From contig OX597828.1 of assembly GCA_951406725.2 (NCBI GenBank), forward strand, positions 22,444,001 through 22,508,000: DNA of 64,000 nucleotides, written 5' to 3'. The translations under genes and the position numbers were made by a program. Below are positions 1 through 12,360 of this stretch, in pieces. Numbering within the stretch: the first letter of the stretch is position 1; each line of letters starts with the position of its first letter. The DNA is from Octopus vulgaris. Taxonomy: Eukaryota. The notes beneath the pieces were generated by a model, which worked only from the letters and a program-made list of their open reading frames with translations, was not told the DNA's origin and ran no database searches.

Positions 1-88
1 CAACCTTGCCCGGACTTGTGTCTAGGAGGGTAACTTTCTAGGTGCAATCCCATGGTCATTCATGACCGAAGGGGGTCTTTACCCTTTT
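1..88 (+). mobile_element. 3' tail of a SINE-like repeat, cut by the window edge
   Basis: GC-richer repeat-like tail ending ...gaccgaagggggtctttaccc; recalled as an octopus SINE tail, not verified. Confidence 0.4.
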
Positions 89-89
89 A

Positions 90-310
90 GTTCCTTTTGA
101 AATGCATCTACTTCCTTCTTATGCAGATTTCATAATTTTTGTGGCACGGCATTGAAGAGCTGTCGGCCTTTGCACTCAAAATCTATTGCAGTACCTGGTC
201 CTGAATTAAGAGTGGGTGGTACTTCTGTTACAATACAATGACGGCCAATTCTGGCATTTGCTTAACCCTCAATGTGGAAGTTAGGTACTAGACCTTCTAG
301 GATTTTCTGC
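90..310 (-). pseudogene. Degenerate 3' fragment of a CR1/L2-like LINE ORF2
   Basis: Minus strand reads KILEGLVPNF...IGRHCIV...RTRYCN...LFNAVP...VDAF with stops and frameshifts; resembles the C-terminus at 32597-33107. Confidence 0.5.
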
Positions 311-927
311 AAAGAAGATGCCAAATAGGATGGAGGCAAATACATATGGGGTCTACATCTAGCATGTCCACTTAGTGATCATCCGTCTTATATTTATCTA
401 TATATGCAGAAACACGCTTGTTGCTTGTGATATCATTCGACTCCATCACAAGTGCATAATATGTCTTTAATGGGAGCTTTTATAGCTACAATCTTGAACC
501 AGCTACACGTGCAGAATTGTTTTTAGAGGACAACGCTCATAGACATGGCCATTGTCTCACAACTGTTTCGTCTGACCTTTGAAAGTGCTTGCTTTTAACA
601 CAGTAGAGTATTCTCAGTGCCTTTCTCATCTAGCAGGCAACGTAAGGAGGGGGGACCTCGTAGCCGACACTCGATCGTGAACCAGGTAATATAGAGCTAT
701 ATGCTACCAGAAGAAGCGACACATTCCTGAATGACGCGCGCGCTCACACACACAGTAACACAAAACAATGAATATACACGGCGTTCAGTTGATTATGGTT
801 TTAGACAACATATTCCACTCTCAGATTCACGCACTTATTGCAACTGTCCTCCAGTTTTTCTAGGCGTTGTAAAAGAACTCGGAAGGCCGGGCCTCCAATC
901 TTAAATATGCGTCTGTTTATATATAAA

Positions 928-1015
<88 letters not shown>

Positions 1016-1048
1016 TATTTATATATATGTATATACATGCTCACACAC

Positions 1049-1080
<32 letters not shown>

Positions 1081-1149
1081 GTACATATATATGTATATAT
1101 ATATATATGTGTGTGTATATGTTTGTGTGTGTGTATATATACATATATA

Positions 1150-1340
1150 TTCGCCATGATAGATCGCTAGCCAATACACATTCCTTATTTTCTCTCCTTG
1201 TTTCTTTCAGTGATCTTTTGTGGAAGAGCGTAGGCTCGAAACGTTTAAAACAGTTTCCCTTCCTGAGCGTTGAAGTAATACATCTGTTTGTTGCCTACAC
1301 CACCTGTTTCCGTCTTCTGTTTAATTTGTGAATTATCCCT
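1150..1340 (+). mobile_element. Solo PLE terminal repeat (pLTR) carrying a degenerate hammerhead at 1214-1250
   Basis: Homologous to the 3' end of the PLE at 17970-18179 (tcgccatg...gaagagcgtaggctcgaaacgtt...ctgagcg...taataca); flanked by TA-rich microsatellite. Confidence 0.8.
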
Positions 1341-1358
1341 ATATATACATTCATACAT

Positions 1359-1428
<70 letters not shown>

Positions 1429-1447
1429 TCACACGTACTCACATACG

Positions 1448-1480
<33 letters not shown>

Positions 1481-1484
<4 letters not shown>

Positions 1485-1800
1485 ATAGAGGGCATTATTA
1501 CACATAAATGCCTCACACTAAGAGGGACTAAGTCATTACTACCAAAATTATACTAATCATACCCAAATGCAGTTTTTCAAAGCAAGACATTTAAATAGTA
1601 TAATTTTGGTAGTAATGACTTAGTCCCTCTTAGTGTGAGGCATTTATGTGTAATAATGCCCTCTATACAATATAGATATAATTAATTTGTTCAAAAGAAA
1701 AAAATTATTTTCGAATTCTTTTCTTTTATGAGGTTTTCACGCTAACTACCCGATAATTTCTTGTTAAGATTCCTTATTAAGAGGTTATCCTTAATTGTTA

Positions 1801-1803
<3 letters not shown>
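1481..1803. repeat. Short element with a perfect 75-bp inverted repeat (1481-1555 / 1596-1670) plus unique tail, inside (TA)n
   Basis: Arms are reverse complements by direct comparison; (TA)n on both sides. Confidence 0.85.
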
Positions 1804-1860
<57 letters not shown>

Positions 1861-2736
1861 CTATAGCTTATAGCAGGTGTTGCATTGCTTAGGCTTTGGT
1901 AACTTAGCATTTAACCAAATAGACAATGATAGCAAGACAATAATAAGAAACTATAGGGCAATGAACTTGAATTTATCCATTAAACCCTTCTATGCAGCGT
2001 CCTAGGCAGGCTGCAGAAGATATAGCCTTGTAGCTTTCATTGGGCAGACATCGATTTGCTAGTCATGATATTACAATATGCATCTACAACATGCAATGCT
2101 ATATATAAATATTAAAGAAATATAAAACTCTTCTAAATACCGATCAGAAATTGTACGTTACATAACTTTACGTCAATTTATAAAAAATATACAAAAGCAT
2201 AATCTCCAATCTTTAGATTTATTATTGATATGGAATAAAATATACTGAAAGCCTCCAGATCGATATTTCACAATACATTTAAATACATTAATTTAAAATT
2301 TAACATACATTAACAGAAGAACCATGAATTTGTTTTCTAACACACATGTACGTATAATAGTGAATACGGTGAGAAGAGATGAATTTTCATTATATAATCT
2401 TGGAAATGATTACGTTGAAGTCATGTTTACTTCGCAAATTTAATACAAAAGATGAAAAACTTTGTCAGACGTGTAATAAAATAGCACTTCATTTCGTAGT
2501 TTTATTCGTAACTGATTCTGTAAGAAAACATATACATGTGTGTGTGTGTGTGTGTGTGCGTGCGTTTGTGTGTGTGATGTTTTGCAGGTTTAATAAAACA
2601 ATCACATTACTCTACCTTCGGTATTCGAGTACTATACTCTTGACCTTGTTTCGCATTTATGTGCTTACTCGTGTGTAAATATATACATAATAAGTGCGTA
2701 TGTATGTGTGTATTTTTGTGTGTGTAGATATATATC

Positions 2737-2841
<105 letters not shown>

Positions 2842-2952
2842 ATATATATGTATATATATATACATATACATACATATATATACATATATATATACATATA
2901 CACATATATATATATACATATATATATACATATACATACATATATATATATA

Positions 2953-2996
<44 letters not shown>

Positions 2997-3001
2997 CATA
3001 C

Positions 3002-3056
<55 letters not shown>

Positions 3057-3636
3057 ATGTCACTATAATTTATAACCATTCGAAAGAACGTTAAATAATT
3101 CCAGTTTCGCAGTAGGTCCGAAGAACATACAAAGATATAAATAATAGCATCTGGATTATTGGTTTGAAAAACCTTTTCGATTGAAGTTGAAGGCTACTTT
3201 TCACACACACAGCTACACACAGGCACAAATACAAACATACGCCGCGCACGCACACACGTACACAAACGCATACACACACATAAATTACCATCTCTCCATC
3301 TATATCTTTCTATATACATGTGTGTGTGTTTTTGTGAGTGTGTGTCCGCGCGTCTGTGTGTGTAGAGTAATCTCTTGACTATCGTGGATGTTACGTTCCA
3401 AAACTCCCCGCGATAAGTGAAAATTCCGCGAAGTAGAAACAGTTCTGTAATATATATGTTTCTTGATTATCTTTATAATTTGTATATATTTAACGTAAGG
3501 TGTACTAGCCATCTGAATGTTACTGATGCTTTTAGCCCCAGGCGATCAACGTCACCAGATGGACTTTAGACACAATCTCAGTGCCCTTGTGTTATTTGCA
3601 AAGGGAGGTCATCTTCCCTCGAAAACCAAAGTGCTA

Positions 3637-3681
3637 CATACGGACTATAGTTTCAAGGTAATTGCCTCTCGTCAACGCATG
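3637..3681 (-). ncRNA. Type I hammerhead ribozyme, second copy
   Basis: Reverse complement matches 4110-4154. Confidence 0.85.
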
Positions 3682-4109
3682 GTAAACACCGGTTTTCGAT
3701 GAAGGAGACCCCTTGCAAATAATATTTAACGTTTTTCACAGCAACCACTGTCACTGATTTAGAAAAACTGTCTGAAAGCAATAATAAATCTCTGAACGAG
3801 ATATAAACAGTAACCACTCGACAACGTAAGGTGTACTAGCCATCTGAATGTGGCTAGCCACTGGGGGTGGGGTGTTACTGATGCTTTTAGCCCCAGGCGA
3901 TCAACGTCACCAGATGGACTTTAGACACAATCTCAGTGCCCTTGTGTTATTTGCAAAGGGAGGTCATCCACCCTCGAAAAGCTAAGTGCTACATACGGAC
4001 TATAGTTTCAAGGTAATTGCCTCTCGTTCTAAATCAGTGACAGTGGTTGCTATGAAAAACGTTAAATATTATTTGCAAGGGGTCTCCTTCATCGAAAACC
4101 GGTGTTTAC

Positions 4110-4154
4110 CATGCGTTGACGAGAGGCAATTACCTTGAAACTATAGTCCGTATG
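4110..4154 (+). ncRNA. Type I hammerhead ribozyme (U3 core variant)
   Basis: catgcg-TTGACGA-gagg(caatta)cctt-GAAA-c(tata)-GTC-cgtatg; stems I and II pair; stem III is the palindrome actatagt. Confidence 0.85.
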
Positions 4155-5134
4155 TAGCACTTAGGTTTTCGAGGGAGGATGACCTCCCTTTGCAAATAAC
4201 ACAAGGGCACTGAGATTGTGTCTAAAGTCCATCTGGTGACGTTGATCGCCTGGGGCTAAAAGCATCAGTAACACCCCACCCCCAGTGGCTAGCCACATTC
4301 AGATGGCTAGTACACCTTACGTTGTCGAGCGGTTACTGTTTATATCTCGTTCAGAGATTTATTATTGCTTGTATATATTTTTTTAATTATAAATGCAAAA
4401 CAACAGCAAGGAGGAATCGACCAAAGCTTGCATAATAAACCGCGATAGGTGAACCGCGATATGGAGTGGAATTACTGTTTATATGTATACATATATATTG
4501 AAATGCTTTGTACTATATATAAAGATAACATAAAATAAATAGATAGTTTTAATTTCTAACATGCACCTGGACATCACAATTTGCAGTCAAGATGACATCG
4601 AGAAATACAGAAAATATTTTAGTGGCTAATTTTTTCTTATAACAAGTATAATATAACCATTGTGTTATTCATCTGATGTAGTGAGCAAAATTATATTGAG
4701 GAACAGAATGCTTCATATGTCCTCATAAAATAACGTAGAAATAGTAATTTATTATGTATTTAAAATAATATGCAATTATTGGCTATTCTTTATCTGAGGA
4801 CGATGGCCTCAATACTGCGGTCTTCTAAAATATCTCGTTAGTTAAATTCTTTCATGTATATAGAAATGAAGCCATAAAATTGTGGTATAGAATATTGCTC
4901 AATGGGAATGTACTGAACATCTATGTGTGTATGTATGCATGTATGTATGTGTGTGTATGTGTGTATGCGTGTATGTATGTTTATATGTATGCGTGTATGT
5001 ATGTATGTATGTATGTATGTATGTATGTATGTGTGTATTTATTATGTATGTATATGTATGCGTGTATGTATGAATGTATGTATGCGTGTATGTATGAATG
5101 TAGGTCTGTATGTATGTATGTATCTATCTAACTA

Positions 5135-5209
<75 letters not shown>

Positions 5210-5243
5210 CTATCTGCCTAATTATCTGTCTGTCTGTCTGTCG

Positions 5244-5280
<37 letters not shown>

Positions 5281-5306
5281 CCTACCTACCCATCTACTTA
5301 TCTGCC

Positions 5307-5808
5307 TGAGACAAGCACTTTCCTGTCTGGTGAATCTCTCGTCAACTTCTTCAAGTATCACTTGAGAGTGGAAGGTGAGAGTAGAAAGGGAAGGTTTTGT
5401 CCAGCGAATGTTTCAAAAAAAGATGGGTGAATGCAGCAAGATGGCACGTGTGATTGACGAAGCCATCTTGAGCATAATCCTATGAACCCCCCAAAAAAAG
5501 AAAGGGAAAAAGTGAGTCACTTACTGTAATGTGCATTTTTACCATGACATTATTGCCTGAGGTTACCGCGGTCTTCTTTTCCGTAGACTTTTCTGTCTAT
5601 GGATAAACCTAATCTGTTTCCCCTTCTTACACTATGACATTACTGTAATACACGATCCCTATTGATCGGTTATTTTTTAACGATCCCTTTTGATTGAATT
5701 TCTACACCACCACCCCTTACCTTTTTTCTTTTCTTTCTCTTCCCCCCAAAATGGTCTACTTTGTATTTTGTCCCCACTGTGTTCAGCCCTGTGTGGCCAA
5801 TAAAGAAA
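5307..5808 (+). mobile_element. 3' end of an L1/Tx1-like LINE (ORF2 C-terminus and 3' UTR)
   Basis: FLSGESLVNFFKYHL then, frameshifted, KVRVER...KRWVNAARMARV; UTR ends aataaagaaa before (CT)n. Confidence 0.55.
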
Positions 5809-5809
5809 C

Positions 5810-5854
<45 letters not shown>

Positions 5855-6161
5855 TCTCCCTATCGAACTACGTACCTACCTACTTACCTGCCTACGTATC
5901 TACGTATCTGCCTGCCTAACTACCTACCTACCTACCTGTCTACCTACCTACCTATCTGCCTATCTATCTATTCATCTATTTATCTAACTATCTATCTACT
6001 TACCTACCTACCTACCTACCTACCTACCTACCTACCTACCTACCTACCTACCTACCTACTTACATACCTACCTACCTACCTACCTACCTACCTACCTACC
6101 TAATACATACATACATACATACATACATACATACATACATACATACATACATACATACATA

Positions 6162-6545
6162 CGAGGGGCGTTCAATAAGTAATGCCTCTAACCCACTTGC
6201 ATTTGTTTGATCTAGCTGAAAGTTTGCATGTGCAATTATTTATATCTCTATAGATTAAGTGAAAAATTACAGTTCTGAACTAATTGTAGTTTCTGATTTA
6301 CAGGTGTTTGAACTGAGTCAAGTGTGAAATGGAGCCTATTCAGTGTCGAGCAGTGATCCGGTTTTTGTATTTGAAAGGACGCACACCACGGGAGACTTTT
6401 GATGAAATGAATGTAACTTATGGTGATGATGCCCCATCATATGACCTTGTAAAACGCTGGCATCGTGAATTCAAACATGGTCGGAACTCTGTCGAAACAG
6501 CTCCCAGATCTGGTCGTCCCCCTTCTGCCATTGATGAGGCATATG
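6162..6545 (+). mobile_element. 5' part of a mariner transposon (TIR and transposase HTH domain, ORF from 6329)
   Basis: TA-cgaggggcgttcaataagt TIR; MEPIQCRAVIRFLYLKG...YGDDAPSYDLVKRWHREFKHGRNSVETAPRSGRP is a Mos1/SETMAR-type HTH. Confidence 0.85.
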
Positions 6546-6663
6546 ATGCCAGGAGCATTCTGCACACACACACGCACTCACATACACAGATACATACACA
6601 CGCACACATATGTCTGAGTGTGTAGATATATACATATATATATGTATATATATGTATGTATAT

Positions 6664-7028
6664 AACTAAAAATAAGTGTGTCTGGGAGACACCACTATGC
6701 CGAAATGGCAATCAAATCCCTGACTCTAAAAACCACCTTAAATGTTCATATCGCACCATGAAATAAGACAGAGAGATAAAATAGACTATTCAGTAATATC
6801 TTTTTGCTAGTCTATTTTGTCCCTCTGTCTTATCTCATGGTGCGATATGAACATTTAAGGTCGTTTTTAGAGTCAGTGATTTGACTGCTATTTCGGCATG
6901 GTGGTGTCTCCCAGACACCCTTATTTTTAGTTGCAAAAAATTATTACCTTTGCATGGTATTTATTCCCATGCTGGCCATTTGATAATATCGATATTTAAA
7001 TATCGATATTATCCTTATTTATAACTTT
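6664..7028. repeat. Element with a 125-bp imperfect inverted repeat (6664-6788 / 6808-6932) plus tail, in TA-rich microsatellite
   Basis: Direct comparison; tail shares the tatcaatggccagcat motif (reverse orientation) with the element at 8064. Confidence 0.8.
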
Positions 7029-7135
7029 ATATATGTATACATATGCGTATATATGCATACACACACTTACATACATACATGCATACATATAAACACATAT
7101 ATTATACATATATGTATTTTTTATTTTATTTTTAT

Positions 7136-7522
7136 TTTACTTGTTTCAGTCATTTGACTGCGGCCATGCTGGAGCACCGCCTTTAATCGAGCAACTCGGC
7201 CCCGGGACCTATTCTTTTGTAAGCCCAGTACTTATTCTATCGGTCTGTTTTGCCGAACCGCTAAGTGACGGGGACGTAAACACACCAGCATCGGTTGTCA
7301 AGCAATGCTAGGGGGACAAGCACAGACACACATATACATATATATATATATACATATATACGACAGGCTTCTTTCAGTTTCCGTCTACCAAATCCACTCA
7401 CAAGGCATTGGTCGGCCCGGGGCTATAGCAGAAGACACTTGCCAAAGATGCCACGCAGTGGGACTGAACCCGGAACCATGTGGTTGGTTAGCAAGCTACT
7501 TACCACACAGCCACTCCTGCGC
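7136..7522 (-). mobile_element. Full-length tRNA-derived SINE, family A
   Basis: Head ggagtggctgtgtggtaag...ggttcagtccc; ggatttggtagacggaaactgaaagaagc body; internal (TA)/(TG) tract; several copies in the window. Confidence 0.85.
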
Positions 7523-7923
7523 CTATGTATGTACATATATATATGTGTGTATGTATGTATGTATCTATCTAAATGTGTGTGTATGTGTGTGTGTGTATGT
7601 GTATGAGGTCTCACAAACCTCCAGCTTTGTTTTCGATCGGTTTCCTTGTATGTCTTCACTGTCCTGTATTTGTTCCTCACAATGACCTTCTAGAAATCCT
7701 AAATATTATTTTAGAATTTATGGGAGTAACTATCTTTGAAGACTCATATCGTCGTCAAATGCTCGAAATGGGGAGAAGATAGAAAGCCGAACACTGATAA
7801 AGGCTCCTTTCTTTGTGTTTACTTGTCCGGTTTTCCACTTTTCTCTCGTTGTTTACGTATTTCATGTTTTTGCACAGTTGGTGACGTCCTGTACCAATAT
7901 ATGCATATATATTATTTATTATC

Positions 7924-7956
<33 letters not shown>

Positions 7957-7995
7957 ATGTATATGCATATGTCATTGGATGTGTATGTGATGTGG

Positions 7996-8026
<31 letters not shown>

Positions 8027-8063
8027 TGTGTATATATATATATATATATATACATTTAACGTA

Positions 8064-8285
8064 GGATAAAATTATTTTCGAAAAAAAATGTTATCAATGG
8101 CCAGCATATTTATCGCTGAGGAGGGGAAAATTCTTATGAATTAACTCTGAAATTGGGAGCAATACGGTAATAACGGAATTTTTTAGACATTTTTTTCGGC
8201 TTAAATTATAATGGTTATTGAAACTTTTGTCTATTTTCGACATATCTGGCATTAGAATTTTTCTTTTGCCCTTATTTTATAAGTT
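8064..8285 (+). mobile_element. Short HHR-bearing element between (TA)n tracts
   Basis: Contains the hammerhead at 8110-8170. Confidence 0.6.
8110..8170 (+). ncRNA. Type I hammerhead ribozyme, canonical core
   Basis: ttatcg-CTGAGGA-gggg.aattc(ttat)gaatt.ctct-GAAA-ttg(ggag)ca-ATA-cggtaa. Confidence 0.85.
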
Positions 8286-8304
8286 ATATATATATATATA
8301 TATG

Positions 8305-9101
8305 TATAAGTGGTACCTAAAGATTCTTAGATTTGCTCTGTAGCGCTCCCACATATGAGTGCATACAGTTGTACGCTCAGTGAGAACTAGCAGTGACTTT
8401 TATGAAGCCGTGTGTTGAGTGACATTGTTGTGTTTATTTCGCATGTTGCAAAATGTATGATTGTGAGATCACGTGTATGCTGTAACCTGTGATCTTTTTC
8501 CTCCGCAGGCAGATGGAACAAGGAACCCATGTGAAATTTTGCGTCAAACATGGGATGTCTTCTACAGAGATATTTAGCGTGCTTTGGAATGCTTGCGGTG
8601 GCGAGACAATGAGGCGTACGCCATAGTTCGCGTGGAACTGGCGCTGAAAAGGCAGAAGAACGTCCCTGCAAGACGAGAAGCGATCTGGAAAAAATGTTTG
8701 GGGCTTCAACCCCGGAAATATGAGGAAGAATCATCAGCTTGTTCAGAGGATCATCAGAGGTCAATGAACGATGTTGCTGATATCATATGGGACCACGCAG
8801 GCAACACTACCCCCTAGATTTTTTTCGACAACAATGCACCTTGTCTCCTTACTAGTGACGTTCTCACAAAAACAAAGATGGTATTGCCACCGCACTCAGC
8901 CTGTTCACCAGATTAGACACTTCCATCTCTTCCCCTACATGAAAATGAAGCTCACAGGACAGCGTTTTAGTACCGTTGTTGAGATAGAAAATGAATCGCA
9001 GGAGGTCCAGCTTCCAAACTGAATTCCAAATTTTGCAGAGACGTTGGGCAACATGGCTGTTACAAAGAAGATGGTGTTAAAACTCTTTAATACCACCTAG
9101 T
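8305..9101 (+). mobile_element. Degenerate, internally deleted mariner transposon
   Basis: MEQGTHVKFCVKHG, DNA(P), FHLFPYMKMKLTGQRFSTVVEIENES remnants; imperfect TIRs gtggtacc / taccacctagta. Confidence 0.7.
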
Positions 9102-9344
9102 ATGTCTGGGTATATATAATATATACATACATACATACATACATATATATATATGTAACGTGGATTATCTATGTAGCTTAAAGTTTCAACGAGATGAAAT
9201 GCAAAATACCACTACTGGATTATCGATCGTGTTTATATTTTCATACACACGAAACTGAAATAACATATGACAGCAGGAGTAATGTCGATGTGTTACTCAG
9301 GAATAAAACTGCAAATTTATTGTGACTGTGAATTCACTCAAAAG

Positions 9345-9394
<50 letters not shown>

Positions 9395-9408
9395 TACATA
9401 TATATATG

Positions 9409-9476
<68 letters not shown>

Positions 9477-9599
9477 ATATATGCATATATATATATTTAA
9501 ATATATATGAATATATATATACGTATATATATATGTATATGTATATATATACATATACATACATATATATATATATGTATATATACATATACATGCATA

Positions 9600-9651
<52 letters not shown>

Positions 9652-10043
9652 TATATATATATATACTCGTATATAAATACAGACATATTTGTGCGTAACG
9701 GGCTTTTGTTTTTCAATAAGGTTTAGGAAAAAATAAGAGCAGGTAGTCAATGTATATCAGTCATTTGGGCATAAAAACTTTAAATGTCGTTATAATATCG
9801 TATCTATCTACAGATTCGCCGATTGACCTGTTAGAATATACAGTTGAAGTAAAGACTTCTGCAATATATTTCACAATTGTTGAATGTCAAATGTGGCTGC
9901 AAGCAAGATGAACTCCCGAAAACTGATATCATACAAACAAGCTCACACACAGACAGAGATCCATCTATTTGCCTGCATGTGTGTGTGTGTGTGTGTATTT
10001 GTATGTATGTAAGTATGTATGTATGAATGTTCGTGTTTGTGTG

Positions 10044-10089
<46 letters not shown>

Positions 10090-10120
10090 CATAAATATGC
10101 ATATGTATATCTTATATATA

Positions 10121-10183
<63 letters not shown>

Positions 10184-10893
10184 GTATGTGTAGATGTATG
10201 TAATGCAAAGAAATATTTGTGGCCTGTGCCTACAAGTTTTGTAATGGATATATATATATATATATACATATGTTATAAACAGATATATAGACATAGACAT
10301 ATCGTTGCATATAAATATATATTATATTTTTACATAGACAGACAGAAACACACACACACACACATACACACACACAAACACACACACTGACACATAGACT
10401 AAACAGTGTAACATAGGTTTCAGAATATATGTATACATACATACATACATACATATATACATATATATATGTATATATGCATATATATATACATACATAT
10501 ATATATGTATGTATGTATACATACGTGTACGTGTGTGTGTATGTATGTGTATATATGTGTGTATGTGTGTGTGTATGTATGTATGCATATATATATGTGT
10601 CTGTACGTGTGTGTTTATGTGTATGTGTGAATGCATATATTTGTGAGTGAGTGTGTTTGGATTCAAGAGTGTATATGCGTGCGCTATCAACATTTGATAT
10701 ATTCCATAGTCTGGACGCTGTAGTCTACCGGAAACTTATTAGTTTTCCTTCGATATTTACAACATTTAGATCGTGAAGGTGAGTTTTATTTTTATTTAAT
10801 AATTCTAGAGGCAAGCTGGACGTAAATTAACCTTATCATACTAAAATATCAGTGTTTCCAGATTCTGCGGTATGATATTTCTCCATGAATATG

Positions 10894-10937
<44 letters not shown>

Positions 10938-10947
10938 TATATGTATG

Positions 10948-10984
<37 letters not shown>

Positions 10985-11596
10985 TTATATATGTATGTAT
11001 ATATATATATATATATATATAAGCACACACACACATACATATACATATACATACGTGTGTGTTTCATAGATATATATACATATCTATTTGTCTATCTATC
11101 AACACACACACACACACATATATATATGTATGTATGTATCTATGTGTATGTATATATATGTGTATATATATATATATGTATGTGTGTGTACATATATATG
11201 TACATATTTATATGTGTACATATACATACAAACATAAATACATACGTACATACATACATATATACACATATGTGGTGTTTCCGTGTTAGAATCCTAATAT
11301 GTCTACGCTGTTAATATTGGGGAAAATCAGTATCTCAGTTTGCAAAAGTTTTAATAAGACCACAATGGAGTTTATGCATTCGGATTTGACGTAGATTTAT
11401 TTCATTTGATGCTATTAGAAAGGTAGATGGGTATTGTGAAAATATAATTAGCTCTATTTCGGTGTCTCTCTGTCTACATATGACATCGTGGAAATATAAA
11501 GAATATGCTATAAGATTTAGTTATAAAGTACACTCCCTTAAAATGGTGTTCAACTGTTGCCTATCTCTATCAACGTAAGATATAAAACTTGCTTAT

Positions 11597-11715
11597 GGAG
11601 TGCAGGGATAGCTGTGTGCAAGATGTTTTCTTCCCAAACACGCGTCTCAAGTTCAATCCCAAGACGTGGCAGTTTGGGCAATTGTTTTATACTAGAGACA
11701 TATGGTGACCAAAAC
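11597..11715 (+). mobile_element. Degenerate SINE family A head
   Basis: gctgtgtgcaag...gttcaatccc...ttgggcaattgtttt. Confidence 0.55.
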
Positions 11716-11718
11716 CTA

Positions 11719-11751
<33 letters not shown>

Positions 11752-11833
11752 CATGACCGCAACAACCGCTTGATAAATTAGTACAAAGGTGCCATTCATA
11801 TGGTACACATACATATGCATATGATATATAGTA

Positions 11834-11870
<37 letters not shown>

Positions 11871-12049
11871 TATATATATACATACATATATACACCTATA
11901 TCATTCAAAACTTACATACTTCCTGAAATCCGCCAACAGTACACATGATTTTTTTTTCATAACTCTAATGCAGTTGAGCACTATATACAACAATTTCCAT
12001 ATATTATTATTATTTTTATATGTAAACACGTAAACACACACATATATAG

Positions 12050-12087
<38 letters not shown>

Positions 12088-12272
12088 ATCCTTACAAAAC
12101 AATAATTTCGAGCTTGACCTATTTCAGTCAAACCCTAACCTCGGACCCCGACTGGGAGGAAGTAGAGGTTAGCAGCACATGCCTATAAATAACAACACCC
12201 CACCTCCTACAGAACATAAAGTAGCAAAAACATTACTTGAATCAGTTCATTTTGAAGATGATCGCATGAACG

Positions 12273-12360
12273 GAACCTGATGAATCTGCGCCGACAATAT
12301 TGCAAGGTTGCTTTCATTTCCAACAGAGCATAGTCGATGTAGCAGAAACACGTGTAGGTC
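12273..12360 (+). ncRNA. Type I hammerhead with long stem II, slightly decayed
   Basis: gaac-CTGATGA-at.ctgcgccgac...gtcgatgtag.ca-GAAA-c(acgt)-GTA-ggtc; palindromic stem III; TATAAATA about 90 bp upstream. Confidence 0.7.

Larger units (their letters stand above)
3492..4370. mobile_element. Retrozyme-like element: ~355-bp unit in tandem (3492-3822, 3823-4027) plus inverted copy (4027-4370)
   Basis: Near-identical copies; contains type I hammerheads; flanked by duplicated ttgtatatattt. Confidence 0.8.
3365..4477. mobile_element. pogo/Tc1-type MITE interrupted by a retrozyme-like insertion
   Basis: Imperfect TIRs gagtaatctcttgactatcgtgg / ccgcgatatggagtggaattactg. Confidence 0.55.

Noticed and set aside
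555-640. GAAACAGTTGT motif on the minus strand
   Set aside because: No CUGANGA core with a closing stem II was found upstream
7730-7782. Possible hammerhead ctatct-TTGAAGA...GAAA...agatag
   Set aside because: Stem I pairs, but stem II is poor and there is no NUH cleavage triplet
12210-12280. Possible terminal coding exon EHKVAKTLLESVHFEDDRMNGT*
   Set aside because: Short with no recognisable homology; its stop lies in the hammerhead core, which explains the region better
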